From: Gemmatimonadota bacterium
Lineage (GTDB): Bacteria; Gemmatimonadota; Gemmatimonadetes; Gemmatimonadales; GWC2-71-9
DNA length: 45,015 nt
Assembly: GCA_039588295.1 (NCBI GenBank)
Contig: JBDHAB010000023.1
Coordinates: forward strand, 1 to 45,015
Reading direction: 5' to 3'
In this document: positions 37,064 to 45,015 of the stretch, one piece after another
Position numbering within the stretch: position 1 is the stretch's first letter
Layout: every line of letters begins with the position of its first letter
The notes under the pieces: model-generated
What the model saw: only the letters and a program-made list of their open reading frames with translations
Told to the model about the DNA's origin: nothing
Database searches by the model: none
Translations under genes and position numbers: made by a program

Positions 37064-37561
37064 GTGATGCACGAAACGACAGCACATGAGCGCGTGTTCA
37101 CGGGTGATCGCCGAGCCCGCCTCGACGATGTCCTCACACGCTATCCGTCGAGGCAGGCGGCCCTCTTGCCGGCGTTGTGGATGGTGCAGGAGGCGCGCGG
37201 GTGGGTGTCCGATGACGCGATGGCGGAGGTGGCTGAGCTCCTCGCGCTCACGCCGGCGTACGTCAAGGGTGTCGTAACCTTCTATACGATGTATCACCAG
37301 CACCCGGTGGGGCGTTACTTCATTCAGGTGTGCACGACGACTCCGTGCAATCTCTGCGGCGCCGAGGGTGTCGTGGAGGCGTTTCTCGAGCACACCGGAT
37401 GCGGCGAGCTCGGGACCACCTCACCGGATGGGAGGTTCACGGTAATCGAGGTCGAGTGCCTCGGCGCCTGTGGGTTCGCGACACCCGTGCTCATCAACGA
37501 CGATTTCGTGGAGGATGTGATTCCGGAGAAGGTGCCAGAGTTGCTCGGCAGGTATCAATGA
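37064..37561 (+). CDS. nuoE: NADH-quinone oxidoreductase subunit E
   Basis: VVTFYTMY, VCTTTPCNLCG, ECLGACG (N1a cluster ligands). Start is GTG 37064 or ATG 37067. Confidence 0.96.
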   Translation: MMHETTAHERVFTGDRRARLDDVLTRYPSRQAALLPALWMVQEARGWVSDDAMAEVAELLALTPAYVKGVVTFYTMYHQHPVGRYFIQVCTTTPCNLCGAEGVVEAFLEHTGCGELGTTSPDGRFTVIEVECLGACGFATPVLINDDFVEDVIPEKVPELLGRYQ

Positions 37562-37610
37562 CCATGGGTGGAACGCGGGACACGCTGGCGGGCTTTCGGT
37601 TGGAGGGTTG

Positions 37611-38918
37611 ATGGGATATCCCCACAAGCCGCATCCCAAAGAGACGGTCGTCCTGAGCGAGTGCTTCGGCGACCGGGACGCACGCTCATACGATGGCTGG
37701 ATCGAGCGCGGCGGCTATCGGGCGCTCGAGCAGGCGCTTGGGATGGACCCGCAGGATGTGATCACCGAGGTCAAGGAGTCGGGGCTTCGTGGTCGTGGCG
37801 GGGCAGGGTTTCCCGCGGGCGTGAAGTGGGGGTTCATGCCGAAGAAGAAGTCCAAGCCCCATTACCTGTGCTGCAACGCTGACGAGTCGGAGCCCGGCAC
37901 CTTCAAGGATCGGGAGATCATGCGATGGACGCCGCACGGTCTCATTGAGGGGTGCGCCATCACGGCCCACGCGATCCAGGCGGAGATCACCTACATCTAC
38001 ATCCGTGGTGAATTCACCGAGCCGATCACGATCATGCAGCAGGCCTTGGATGAGGCCTATGAGCGCGGCGTCCTGGGCGCCGACGCGATGGGGACCGGCC
38101 GCCAGATCGACATGTATGTGCATCGCGGTGCGGGAGCGTACATCTGCGGTGAGGAAACCGCGCTGATGAACTCGATCGAGGGAAAGCGCGGTAATCCCCG
38201 GATCCGGCCGCCGTTTCCGGCCGCGGTGGGGGTCTTTGGGATGCCGACCACGATCAACAATGTCGAGACCTTGGCGTCGGTGCCCCACATTCTGACGCGC
38301 GGTGCGCAGTGGTACAAGTCGCTGTGTCGCTCGAATCCCAAGAGCACCGGAACCAAGCTCTTCAGCGTTTGCGGGCACGTGACGAAACCGGGCAATTACG
38401 AAGTCGAAATGGGATTCCCGATGGGCGAACTGATACACGAGCTCGCGGGCGGCATGCGTCCGGGGCGCACGCTCAAAGCCGTGATTCCCGGCGGGTCGTC
38501 CGTTCCACTCCTCGATCGGGAGGAGTCCGAAACGTGTGTGCTCGATTACGAAGGATGTGTCGAAGCGGGCACGATGTTGGGGTCGGGTGGCATGATCGTG
38601 TTCGACGACAGTGCGGACATGGTGTACCAGATGATGCGAATCGCACGGTTCTACGCGCACGAGTCCTGTGCCCAGTGCACGCAGTGTCGCGAGGGAACGG
38701 CCTGGACCGTCAGGATCTTGCAGAAGATCCTGCGAGGTGAGGGCGCGATGACGGATCTCGATCTCTTGCTCGATGTGGGCGAGCAGATGACGGGGAAGAC
38801 GATCTGCGTGCTCAGCGATTCCTGCGCCGCGCCGGTGGGGAGCGCGATCAAGAAGTTCCGTGGTGAGTTCGAGGCGTATATCACGGGCGCGCGACAGGCA
38901 GTCGCGGCCCTCGTGTGA
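37611..38918 (+). CDS. nuoF: NADH-quinone oxidoreductase subunit F
   Basis: SGLRGRGGAGF, NADESEPGTFKDR, GAGAYICGEETAL, ESCAQCTQCREG. Confidence 0.97.
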   Translation: MGYPHKPHPKETVVLSECFGDRDARSYDGWIERGGYRALEQALGMDPQDVITEVKESGLRGRGGAGFPAGVKWGFMPKKKSKPHYLCCNADESEPGTFKDREIMRWTPHGLIEGCAITAHAIQAEITYIYIRGEFTEPITIMQQALDEAYERGVLGADAMGTGRQIDMYVHRGAGAYICGEETALMNSIEGKRGNPRIRPPFPAAVGVFGMPTTINNVETLASVPHILTRGAQWYKSLCRSNPKSTGTKLFSVCGHVTKPGNYEVEMGFPMGELIHELAGGMRPGRTLKAVIPGGSSVPLLDREESETCVLDYEGCVEAGTMLGSGGMIVFDDSADMVYQMMRIARFYAHESCAQCTQCREGTAWTVRILQKILRGEGAMTDLDLLLDVGEQMTGKTICVLSDSCAAPVGSAIKKFRGEFEAYITGARQAVAALV

Positions 38919-38924
38919 GGTTCG

Positions 38925-40514
38925 ATGGCGGATCAGGATCTGGTCACAGTCACGATTGACGGCATTGGGGTGTCTGTCCCGAAGGGGACGTCGCTCCTGG
39001 AGGCGGCGAAACAGGCCGGAGTGCTGATTCCGCACTACTGCTATCATCCGGGGCTGCCCGTTGCCGGGGTCTGCCGCATGTGTCTGGTCGAGGTCGAAGG
39101 CGCGCCGAAACTCCAAATTGGATGCGCCACCCCCGTTGCCGAGGGCCAAGTGGTTCGGGTCAACCGATCACCGGAGGCGCAGCGCGCTCGGCAGGGTGTC
39201 CTCGAGTTCCTCCTGATCAATCACCCGCTCGACTGTCCGATCTGCGATCAGGCGGGCGAGTGTGAGTTGCAGAACTACGTGTTCCAAGAGGGGCAGGCCC
39301 GAACACGGTACACGCCGACGTTCGCCAAGCGTTTCAACCCGGTCGAGGACTTCGGGCCGGACATCCTGTACGTCCCGAATCGCTGCATCCTCTGCACACG
39401 GTGCGTGCGCTTCATGGATCACGTTGCAGGTGAGGAAGTCCTCAACGTAAGCGAACGTGGCGACCGAGCTTTCATCGGGATTCATCCGGACCGAGAGCTC
39501 GACCACACGTGGTCGGGGAACGTGGTCGATTTGTGTCCCGTTGGGTCGCTCTTGTCGAAGGACTTTCTGCACAAGGCTCGGGCGTGGGAACTCGACAAGA
39601 CGCCGAGCATTTGCACCGGGTGCTCGCAGGGATGCAACGTGAATCTCGACGGCCGCGGCCACACGGTTGTTCGGGTGCGTCCGCGCCCGAACGTCGAGGT
39701 GAATCGGTATTTCATGTGCGACCTCGGGCGGCTCACGTATCGATCGATGAATCGCGGGGACCGGATTGAAGCGCCGCTGATTGCCAAGGGTGGGCAGTTG
39801 CATGCGGTGGATTGGGACCATGCGTTGGCGCGGGCGGCTGACGCCATGCGAGGGGCGAGCGGACGTGCGGTGGTGTTAGCCTCGCCGAGCTCCTCCAACG
39901 AGGCGTTGTATCTGGCGAAGCGGCTGTGCGAGCCGTTCGACTTCACCGGGGCGGTTCGAGCGGAGCAGGCTGGTGAGGAGGCACCGCTGCCGGGGGTCGC
40001 CAACCTCGCCTTGCGGGGTGAGCGGGCGCCCAATGTCACAGGTGCCACGATCTTGGGGTACACCGATCGCTTTGACGCCGCCGTCGAGGCGGCGGCGGGC
40101 GCCGCGTTGGTGCTCATCCTCGACGAGTCGTTGGAGGGCGTGTCCGGAGACACCCTTGCGAAGGCCGGCACGGTTGTCTATCTGGGAACGGCGCTTCCCG
40201 AGGTGGCGCGGGCAGCGGGTCTCGTGCTGCCCGTCACGGATGTGGCTGAGGAGGACGGGACGTTCGTGAATCGTGATCGCCGGGCGCAACGGTATGCGCA
40301 GGCGAAGCCCGGACCGGGGATGGCTCGGCCCGCGTGGTGGGTGCTCGGCGAATTGCTCGTGGAACTTGGGCGGGGCGAGCCGTTCAGCAGCGCCACCGAG
40401 GCGTTTGCCGAGTTAGCCGAGCATGAGTCGGCCTTCCACGGTTTGTCGTATGCGCGGCTGGGATGGGGAGGGGTCGTGCTCGAGGAGCGTGCACAGGCGG
40501 AGGTCACGGCATGA
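38925..40514 (+). CDS. nuoG: NADH-quinone oxidoreductase subunit G (short form, 529 aa)
   Basis: HYCYH...CRMC...C (N1b), NHPLDCPICDQAGEC (N5), RCILCTRC...CPVG (N4), CTGCSQGC...C (N7). Confidence 0.93.
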   Translation: MADQDLVTVTIDGIGVSVPKGTSLLEAAKQAGVLIPHYCYHPGLPVAGVCRMCLVEVEGAPKLQIGCATPVAEGQVVRVNRSPEAQRARQGVLEFLLINHPLDCPICDQAGECELQNYVFQEGQARTRYTPTFAKRFNPVEDFGPDILYVPNRCILCTRCVRFMDHVAGEEVLNVSERGDRAFIGIHPDRELDHTWSGNVVDLCPVGSLLSKDFLHKARAWELDKTPSICTGCSQGCNVNLDGRGHTVVRVRPRPNVEVNRYFMCDLGRLTYRSMNRGDRIEAPLIAKGGQLHAVDWDHALARAADAMRGASGRAVVLASPSSSNEALYLAKRLCEPFDFTGAVRAEQAGEEAPLPGVANLALRGERAPNVTGATILGYTDRFDAAVEAAAGAALVLILDESLEGVSGDTLAKAGTVVYLGTALPEVARAAGLVLPVTDVAEEDGTFVNRDRRAQRYAQAKPGPGMARPAWWVLGELLVELGRGEPFSSATEAFAELAEHESAFHGLSYARLGWGGVVLEERAQAEVTA

Positions 40515-41722
40515 CGCCGGAGTTGAAGGGCTTTCTGCTCGTCAACGGAGTCAAGGCCACCGTTGCGTTCGTGGTGTTGTTTCTCGGGGTCGCGTTCGTC
40601 ACGTGGATGGAGCGGCGGGTGGCCGCGTGGATTCAAAACCGGATCGGGCCCAATCGTGTGGGACCGCAGGGCCTGTTCCAGCCCATTGCTGACGGTCTCA
40701 AGAACTTCGCCAAAGAAGAGGTGCTGCCAGGCCAGGCGGATCGGACCCTGTTTCTGCTGGCGCCGGCGATGGCGTTCGTCCCGTCCTTGTTGCTCTTTGC
40801 CGTGATTCCGTTTGCTTCGCCGTTGCCCCTGTCTCTCGATTTTACCTTCCCGCTGCTCGGACGCTTCGTCTATGACGGAGTGCTTCCGATGGTGGTTGCC
40901 GATCTGCCAATCGGTTTCCTGTTCATCCTGGCGATCTCGAGTCTTGCCGTCTACGGTATCGTGCTCGCCGGCTGGTCGGCCAACAACAAGTATTCCTTCC
41001 TCGGTGGACTGCGCTCCAGCGCCCAGATGGTGAGTTATGAAATCGGTCTGGGGATGAGCCTCATCACGGTACTGCTGCTTGCCGGCAATGTGACGCTCTC
41101 CGCTGTGATCGCACGGCAACAAGAGTCATTGTGGTTCGTCGTGCCGCTCACCCTGACCTTCGTGTTGTTCGTGGTCTCGGTGCTCGCCGAGAACAACCGT
41201 CTGCCATTTGATCTGCCTGAAGGTGAAAGCGAACTGGTGGGTGGGTACCATACCGAGTACAGCTCGATGCGATTTGCCATGTTCTTCATCGCCGAGTACG
41301 GGGCGTTGATTACGATGTCGGGTCTCATCGCGACGCTGTTCTTCGGCGGGTGGGACATTCCGGGGCCGTGGGATGCAGGCGAACCGTCGGTGCTCCTGTC
41401 CGTGTTGACGTTCGGCATGTTCACGCTGAAGACGTTCTTCTTCGTGTTCTGCTTCATCTGGATTCGGTGGACACTGCCACGGTTCCGCTTCGACCAAGTC
41501 ATGGCGCTGGGCTGGAAGGTCATGCTGCCGGTCGCCTTGGCCTATATCATGATCATTGCCACGACGGTATGGGCGTTCGATGCCGTGAACTTCGCGTTTG
41601 GGCGCTTGTATGCCCTTGCCCTGTTCGGGCTGAACGTCGTGCTCTTGGCGGCGGTGTATTACGTGCTGGACCGTGGCCGGATTATCGAGGGTCGGCGCAT
41701 GCCGTCCGAAGGGAGGGCGTGA
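40511..41722 (+). CDS. nuoH: NADH-quinone oxidoreductase subunit H
   Basis: ERRVAAWIQNRIGPNRVG, QPIADGLK, LRSSAQMVSYE, NRLPFDLPEGESELVGGYHTEYS, LPRFRFDQ. Confidence 0.97.
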   Translation: MTPELKGFLLVNGVKATVAFVVLFLGVAFVTWMERRVAAWIQNRIGPNRVGPQGLFQPIADGLKNFAKEEVLPGQADRTLFLLAPAMAFVPSLLLFAVIPFASPLPLSLDFTFPLLGRFVYDGVLPMVVADLPIGFLFILAISSLAVYGIVLAGWSANNKYSFLGGLRSSAQMVSYEIGLGMSLITVLLLAGNVTLSAVIARQQESLWFVVPLTLTFVLFVVSVLAENNRLPFDLPEGESELVGGYHTEYSSMRFAMFFIAEYGALITMSGLIATLFFGGWDIPGPWDAGEPSVLLSVLTFGMFTLKTFFFVFCFIWIRWTLPRFRFDQVMALGWKVMLPVALAYIMIIATTVWAFDAVNFAFGRLYALALFGLNVVLLAAVYYVLDRGRIIEGRRMPSEGRA

Positions 41723-42228
41723 TGGCCATCGGGGTCAGGGTCATCAAGCGGCCGGAGCGCGAAGTGAGCTACTTACGAGCCGCGCTCACGGGAATGGCGA
41801 TCACTTTTCGGCACCTCCTGCAGCCGAAGTTCACGATGCAATATCCGGAGCAGAAATCCGATGACGACTGGGCGCTTTCGTCGCGCTGGCGTGGGACGCA
41901 TCGGATGCTCACGGACGAGCAGGGAAGAGCCAAATGCGTGGCGTGCGGCCTGTGCCCACAGATCTGCCCCGCCAACTGCATCAAGCTCGTCCCGGGCGAG
42001 GACGAACTAGGACATCGATATCCCCTGATCTACGAGATCGATGAGTTTCGCTGTGTGTTCTGTGGTTACTGTCAGGAGGTGTGTCCGGAGGAGGCGATTC
42101 ACGTCGGTGTGCACTACGAGAATGCGGAATACGATCGGGGGCGCTTCGTGTACGATCTGGAGCGGCTTTGCGCGCAGACGCATCCGGTGTCGACGCTCTG
42201 GGATCCAGCGGATCCCAAAGGGGAGTGA
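41722..42228 (+). CDS. nuoI: NADH-quinone oxidoreductase subunit I
   Basis: TMQYPE and two CxxCxxCxxxCP motifs (CVACGLCPQICP, CVFCGYCQEVCP). Confidence 0.96.
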   Translation: MAIGVRVIKRPEREVSYLRAALTGMAITFRHLLQPKFTMQYPEQKSDDDWALSSRWRGTHRMLTDEQGRAKCVACGLCPQICPANCIKLVPGEDELGHRYPLIYEIDEFRCVFCGYCQEVCPEEAIHVGVHYENAEYDRGRFVYDLERLCAQTHPVSTLWDPADPKGE

Positions 42229-42231
42229 GTT

Positions 42232-42749
<518 letters not shown>

Positions 42750-42750
<1 letters not shown>

Positions 42751-43046
42751 TGCTGCTCGGACCATCACTCGGCGTCTCGGCGATCTTGTTCAGCCTCGGT
42801 GTCGCAGGCGTGCTGTTTCGGCGCAACGCCATCGTGGTGTTCATGTGCATCGAGCTGATGCTCAACGCCGTGAACCTGTCGTTCGTAGCGCTCGCGCAGC
42901 AACTAGGGCGTGAAGGCCAGGTGATCGTGTTCTTCGTCATGGCGGTGGCGGCTGCGGAGGCCGCAGTCGGTCTGGCGATCATGATCGGGATCTATCGACA
43001 CAAGAGCTCGGTCAACGTCAAAGAGTTCAATCTGTTGAGGGGCTGA
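42750..43046 (+). CDS. nuoK: NADH-quinone oxidoreductase subunit K
   Basis: [33 protein letters not shown]. Confidence 0.97.
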
Positions 43047-44995
43047 TGCCTGCGTCGGTCGGGTGGGCGTGGTTGGTCGTTGCCTTGCCGTTCATCGGGT
43101 TCCTGGTGAACGGGGCGCTCGTATTCCTGCGGCCGGACGCCAAGCGATCGGTGAGCGCGGTGGGCGTCGGGGTGCTGGTGCTCGCGTTTCTCGCCGCGGT
43201 CGTGGTCGCGAGCGGGGTGGTGGTCGAGCCCCCCCACGATGCCCCATACGTGCTCACGTACTGGTCGTGGATGCCGGCGGGCAATCTCCAGATCGACGTC
43301 GCGCTCCAGGTGGATCAACTGTCGACCGTGATGATGCTCGTCGTGACGGGCGTCAGTATGCTGATTCACATCTTCAGCGTCGGGTACATGGGCGAGGATC
43401 CAGGATACGCGCGCTACTTCGCGTACCTGAACCTGTTCGTCTTCTTCATGCTCGTGCTGGTATTGGGAGCCAGCTTCCCCGTGATGTTCGTGGGGTGGGA
43501 AGGCGTGGGGCTCTGCAGCTATCTCCTCATCGGGTTCTGGTTCGAAAACCAGGCCTTCGCCGACGCCGGCAAGAAGGCCTTCATCATGAATCGCATCGGG
43601 GATTTCGGATTCTTGGTCGCGATGTTCATGATCTTCCAGGCCACCGGCTCGCTGTCGTTTGCCGGTGTGTTCGAGGAGGCGCCGCATGTGTTCGCGGTGG
43701 GTGGGACCACCATCACGTTGATCACACTGGCCATGTTCCTCGGATGTGCCGGAAAGTCCGCACAGATCCCCCTGTACACGTGGCTGCCGGACGCCATGGC
43801 CGGACCCACTCCGGTGTCGGCACTCATCCATGCTGCAACTATGGTGACGGCTGGAGTCTACCTCGTGGCACGCTCGAACGTGCTGTTTGCGATGGCGCCG
43901 GTCTCCAGCTTGGTGGTGGCCGCGGTGGGAGCCGCCACGGCCCTGTTTGCTGCGACCATCGCGCTCAAGCAATGGGACATTAAGAAGGTCCTGGCATACT
44001 CTACGGTGTCTCAGCTCGGCTATATGTTCATGGGTGTCGGGGCGGGCGCGTATGCGGCCGGCATCTTCCATCTCACGACCCATGCGTTCTTCAAGGCACT
44101 GCTGTTTCTCGGCTCCGGCAGCGTTATCCATGCGCTGCATCACGCGTACCACGCCACGCAGCGCCACGAGGATGCGCAGGACATGCGGAATATGGGTGGC
44201 CTGCGCCGGTACATGCCGTGGACCGTGGGACTGATGTGGGTCGCCACCTTGGCGATCGCCGGGGTGCCGGGCTTCTCCGGGTTCTTTTCCAAGGATGAGA
44301 TTCTGGCGATGACGTTCGCGCGAGGCCACGAAGCCAGCGCGTTTTACGTCATCTGGATCGTCGGCGTCATCGCGGCGCTCCTCACGGCGTTCTACATGAC
44401 GCGGATGATGCTGTACACCTTCCATGGTCCCAATCGGACCGGCGTCGAGGAGCAGCGGCACCTGCATGAAGCTCCGTGGGTCATGACGGGTCCGCTGGTC
44501 GTGCTCGGGGTCGGGAGCGTCGTTGCCGGCGTGATCAATCTGCCGGCCATCTTGCCGGCAAGCGGATGGCTGCACCACTGGATGGAGCCGGTGACGGAGC
44601 TCAGCGCCGCGTATCTGCCCGAAGGGCATCTGTCGGCCAGCACAGAGTGGGCGCTGCTCGGACTCGCGACGGTCGTAGCGGCTGCCGGCATTCTGGGAGC
44701 GTGGAACTTCCTCAAACCTGCCCGGCTGCAGACGCCGGGCGAGGCACCCGTGGAGACGGGGTTGCAGCAAGTGCTGCTCCGCAAATGGTACGTCGATGAG
44801 ATCTACGATGCCCTGGTTGTGCGGCCGGTGATGTGGGTTTCCGAGCGCGCCTTCTGGAAAGTGATCGACGAGCGGATCATTGACGGTGTGTTCGCCAACG
44901 GCTCCGCGACGGCGGTCCGGACCGTCGGGTGGATCGGGAGCCGGCTCCAGACCGGCCGGCTCGAGCCATACATGTTCTCCCCCGTGATGAGCTAG
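43046..44995 (+). CDS. nuoL: NADH-quinone oxidoreductase subunit L (C-terminus apparently aberrant)
   Basis: GWEGVGLCSYLLIGFW, NRIGDFG, GKSAQIPLYTWLPDAMAGPTPVSALIHAATMV, DIKKVLAYSTVSQLG, HAFFKALLFL. Ends RLQTGRLEPYMFSPVMS without the usual terminal TM helix. Confidence 0.95.
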   Translation: MPASVGWAWLVVALPFIGFLVNGALVFLRPDAKRSVSAVGVGVLVLAFLAAVVVASGVVVEPPHDAPYVLTYWSWMPAGNLQIDVALQVDQLSTVMMLVVTGVSMLIHIFSVGYMGEDPGYARYFAYLNLFVFFMLVLVLGASFPVMFVGWEGVGLCSYLLIGFWFENQAFADAGKKAFIMNRIGDFGFLVAMFMIFQATGSLSFAGVFEEAPHVFAVGGTTITLITLAMFLGCAGKSAQIPLYTWLPDAMAGPTPVSALIHAATMVTAGVYLVARSNVLFAMAPVSSLVVAAVGAATALFAATIALKQWDIKKVLAYSTVSQLGYMFMGVGAGAYAAGIFHLTTHAFFKALLFLGSGSVIHALHHAYHATQRHEDAQDMRNMGGLRRYMPWTVGLMWVATLAIAGVPGFSGFFSKDEILAMTFARGHEASAFYVIWIVGVIAALLTAFYMTRMMLYTFHGPNRTGVEEQRHLHEAPWVMTGPLVVLGVGSVVAGVINLPAILPASGWLHHWMEPVTELSAAYLPEGHLSASTEWALLGLATVVAAAGILGAWNFLKPARLQTPGEAPVETGLQQVLLRKWYVDEIYDALVVRPVMWVSERAFWKVIDERIIDGVFANGSATAVRTVGWIGSRLQTGRLEPYMFSPVMS

Positions 44996-45015
44996 CTGGA
45001 GACACTCAGCGGTCT

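Noticed and set aside
37686..39149. Long antisense ORFs (487 aa here; also 42992-44770, 31073-32791, 35518-36780, 14485-15690 and others)
   Set aside because: They are shadows of well-supported genes on the opposite strand. High GC depletes stop codons, and they show no recognisable motifs.

Overview
A GC-rich bacterial chromosomal segment of almost entirely core genes. Gene content and order suggest Gemmatimonadota (inference only). Left to right: a partial AI-2E transporter, tRNA-Ser(CGA), a D-2-hydroxyacid dehydrogenase, pyrR-pyrB-pyrC, a coiled-coil/zinc-ribbon protein and rpsT. A tightly coupled ~18 kb plus-strand run follows: site-2 protease, scpA, scpB, rluB, an atypical SDR-fold protein, moxR, DUF58, a BatA-E-type VWA/TPR cluster, mutL, miaA, bshA, uppP, a probable birA remnant, a membrane protein and coaX. 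Next come two small membrane proteins, a minus-strand GNAT/N-succinylamino-acid racemase/M20 hydrolase operon, a divergent secreted amidohydrolase, a minus-strand dcd/Zn-finger membrane protein/Yip1/beta-propeller cluster, and nuoA-nuoL. I found no CRISPR array, prophage, integrase or transposase. Best leads: the uncharacterised SDR-like protein heading the MoxR-Bat cluster, a CdvA-like coiled-coil Zn-ribbon protein, a PyrR that appears to have lost RNA-binding residues and its attenuator, a MutL with a DVHGRP metal-motif variant, the Zn-finger/Yip1 envelope cluster, and two translationally coupled mini-ORFs. All family calls come from motif recognition by eye; no database searches were run.
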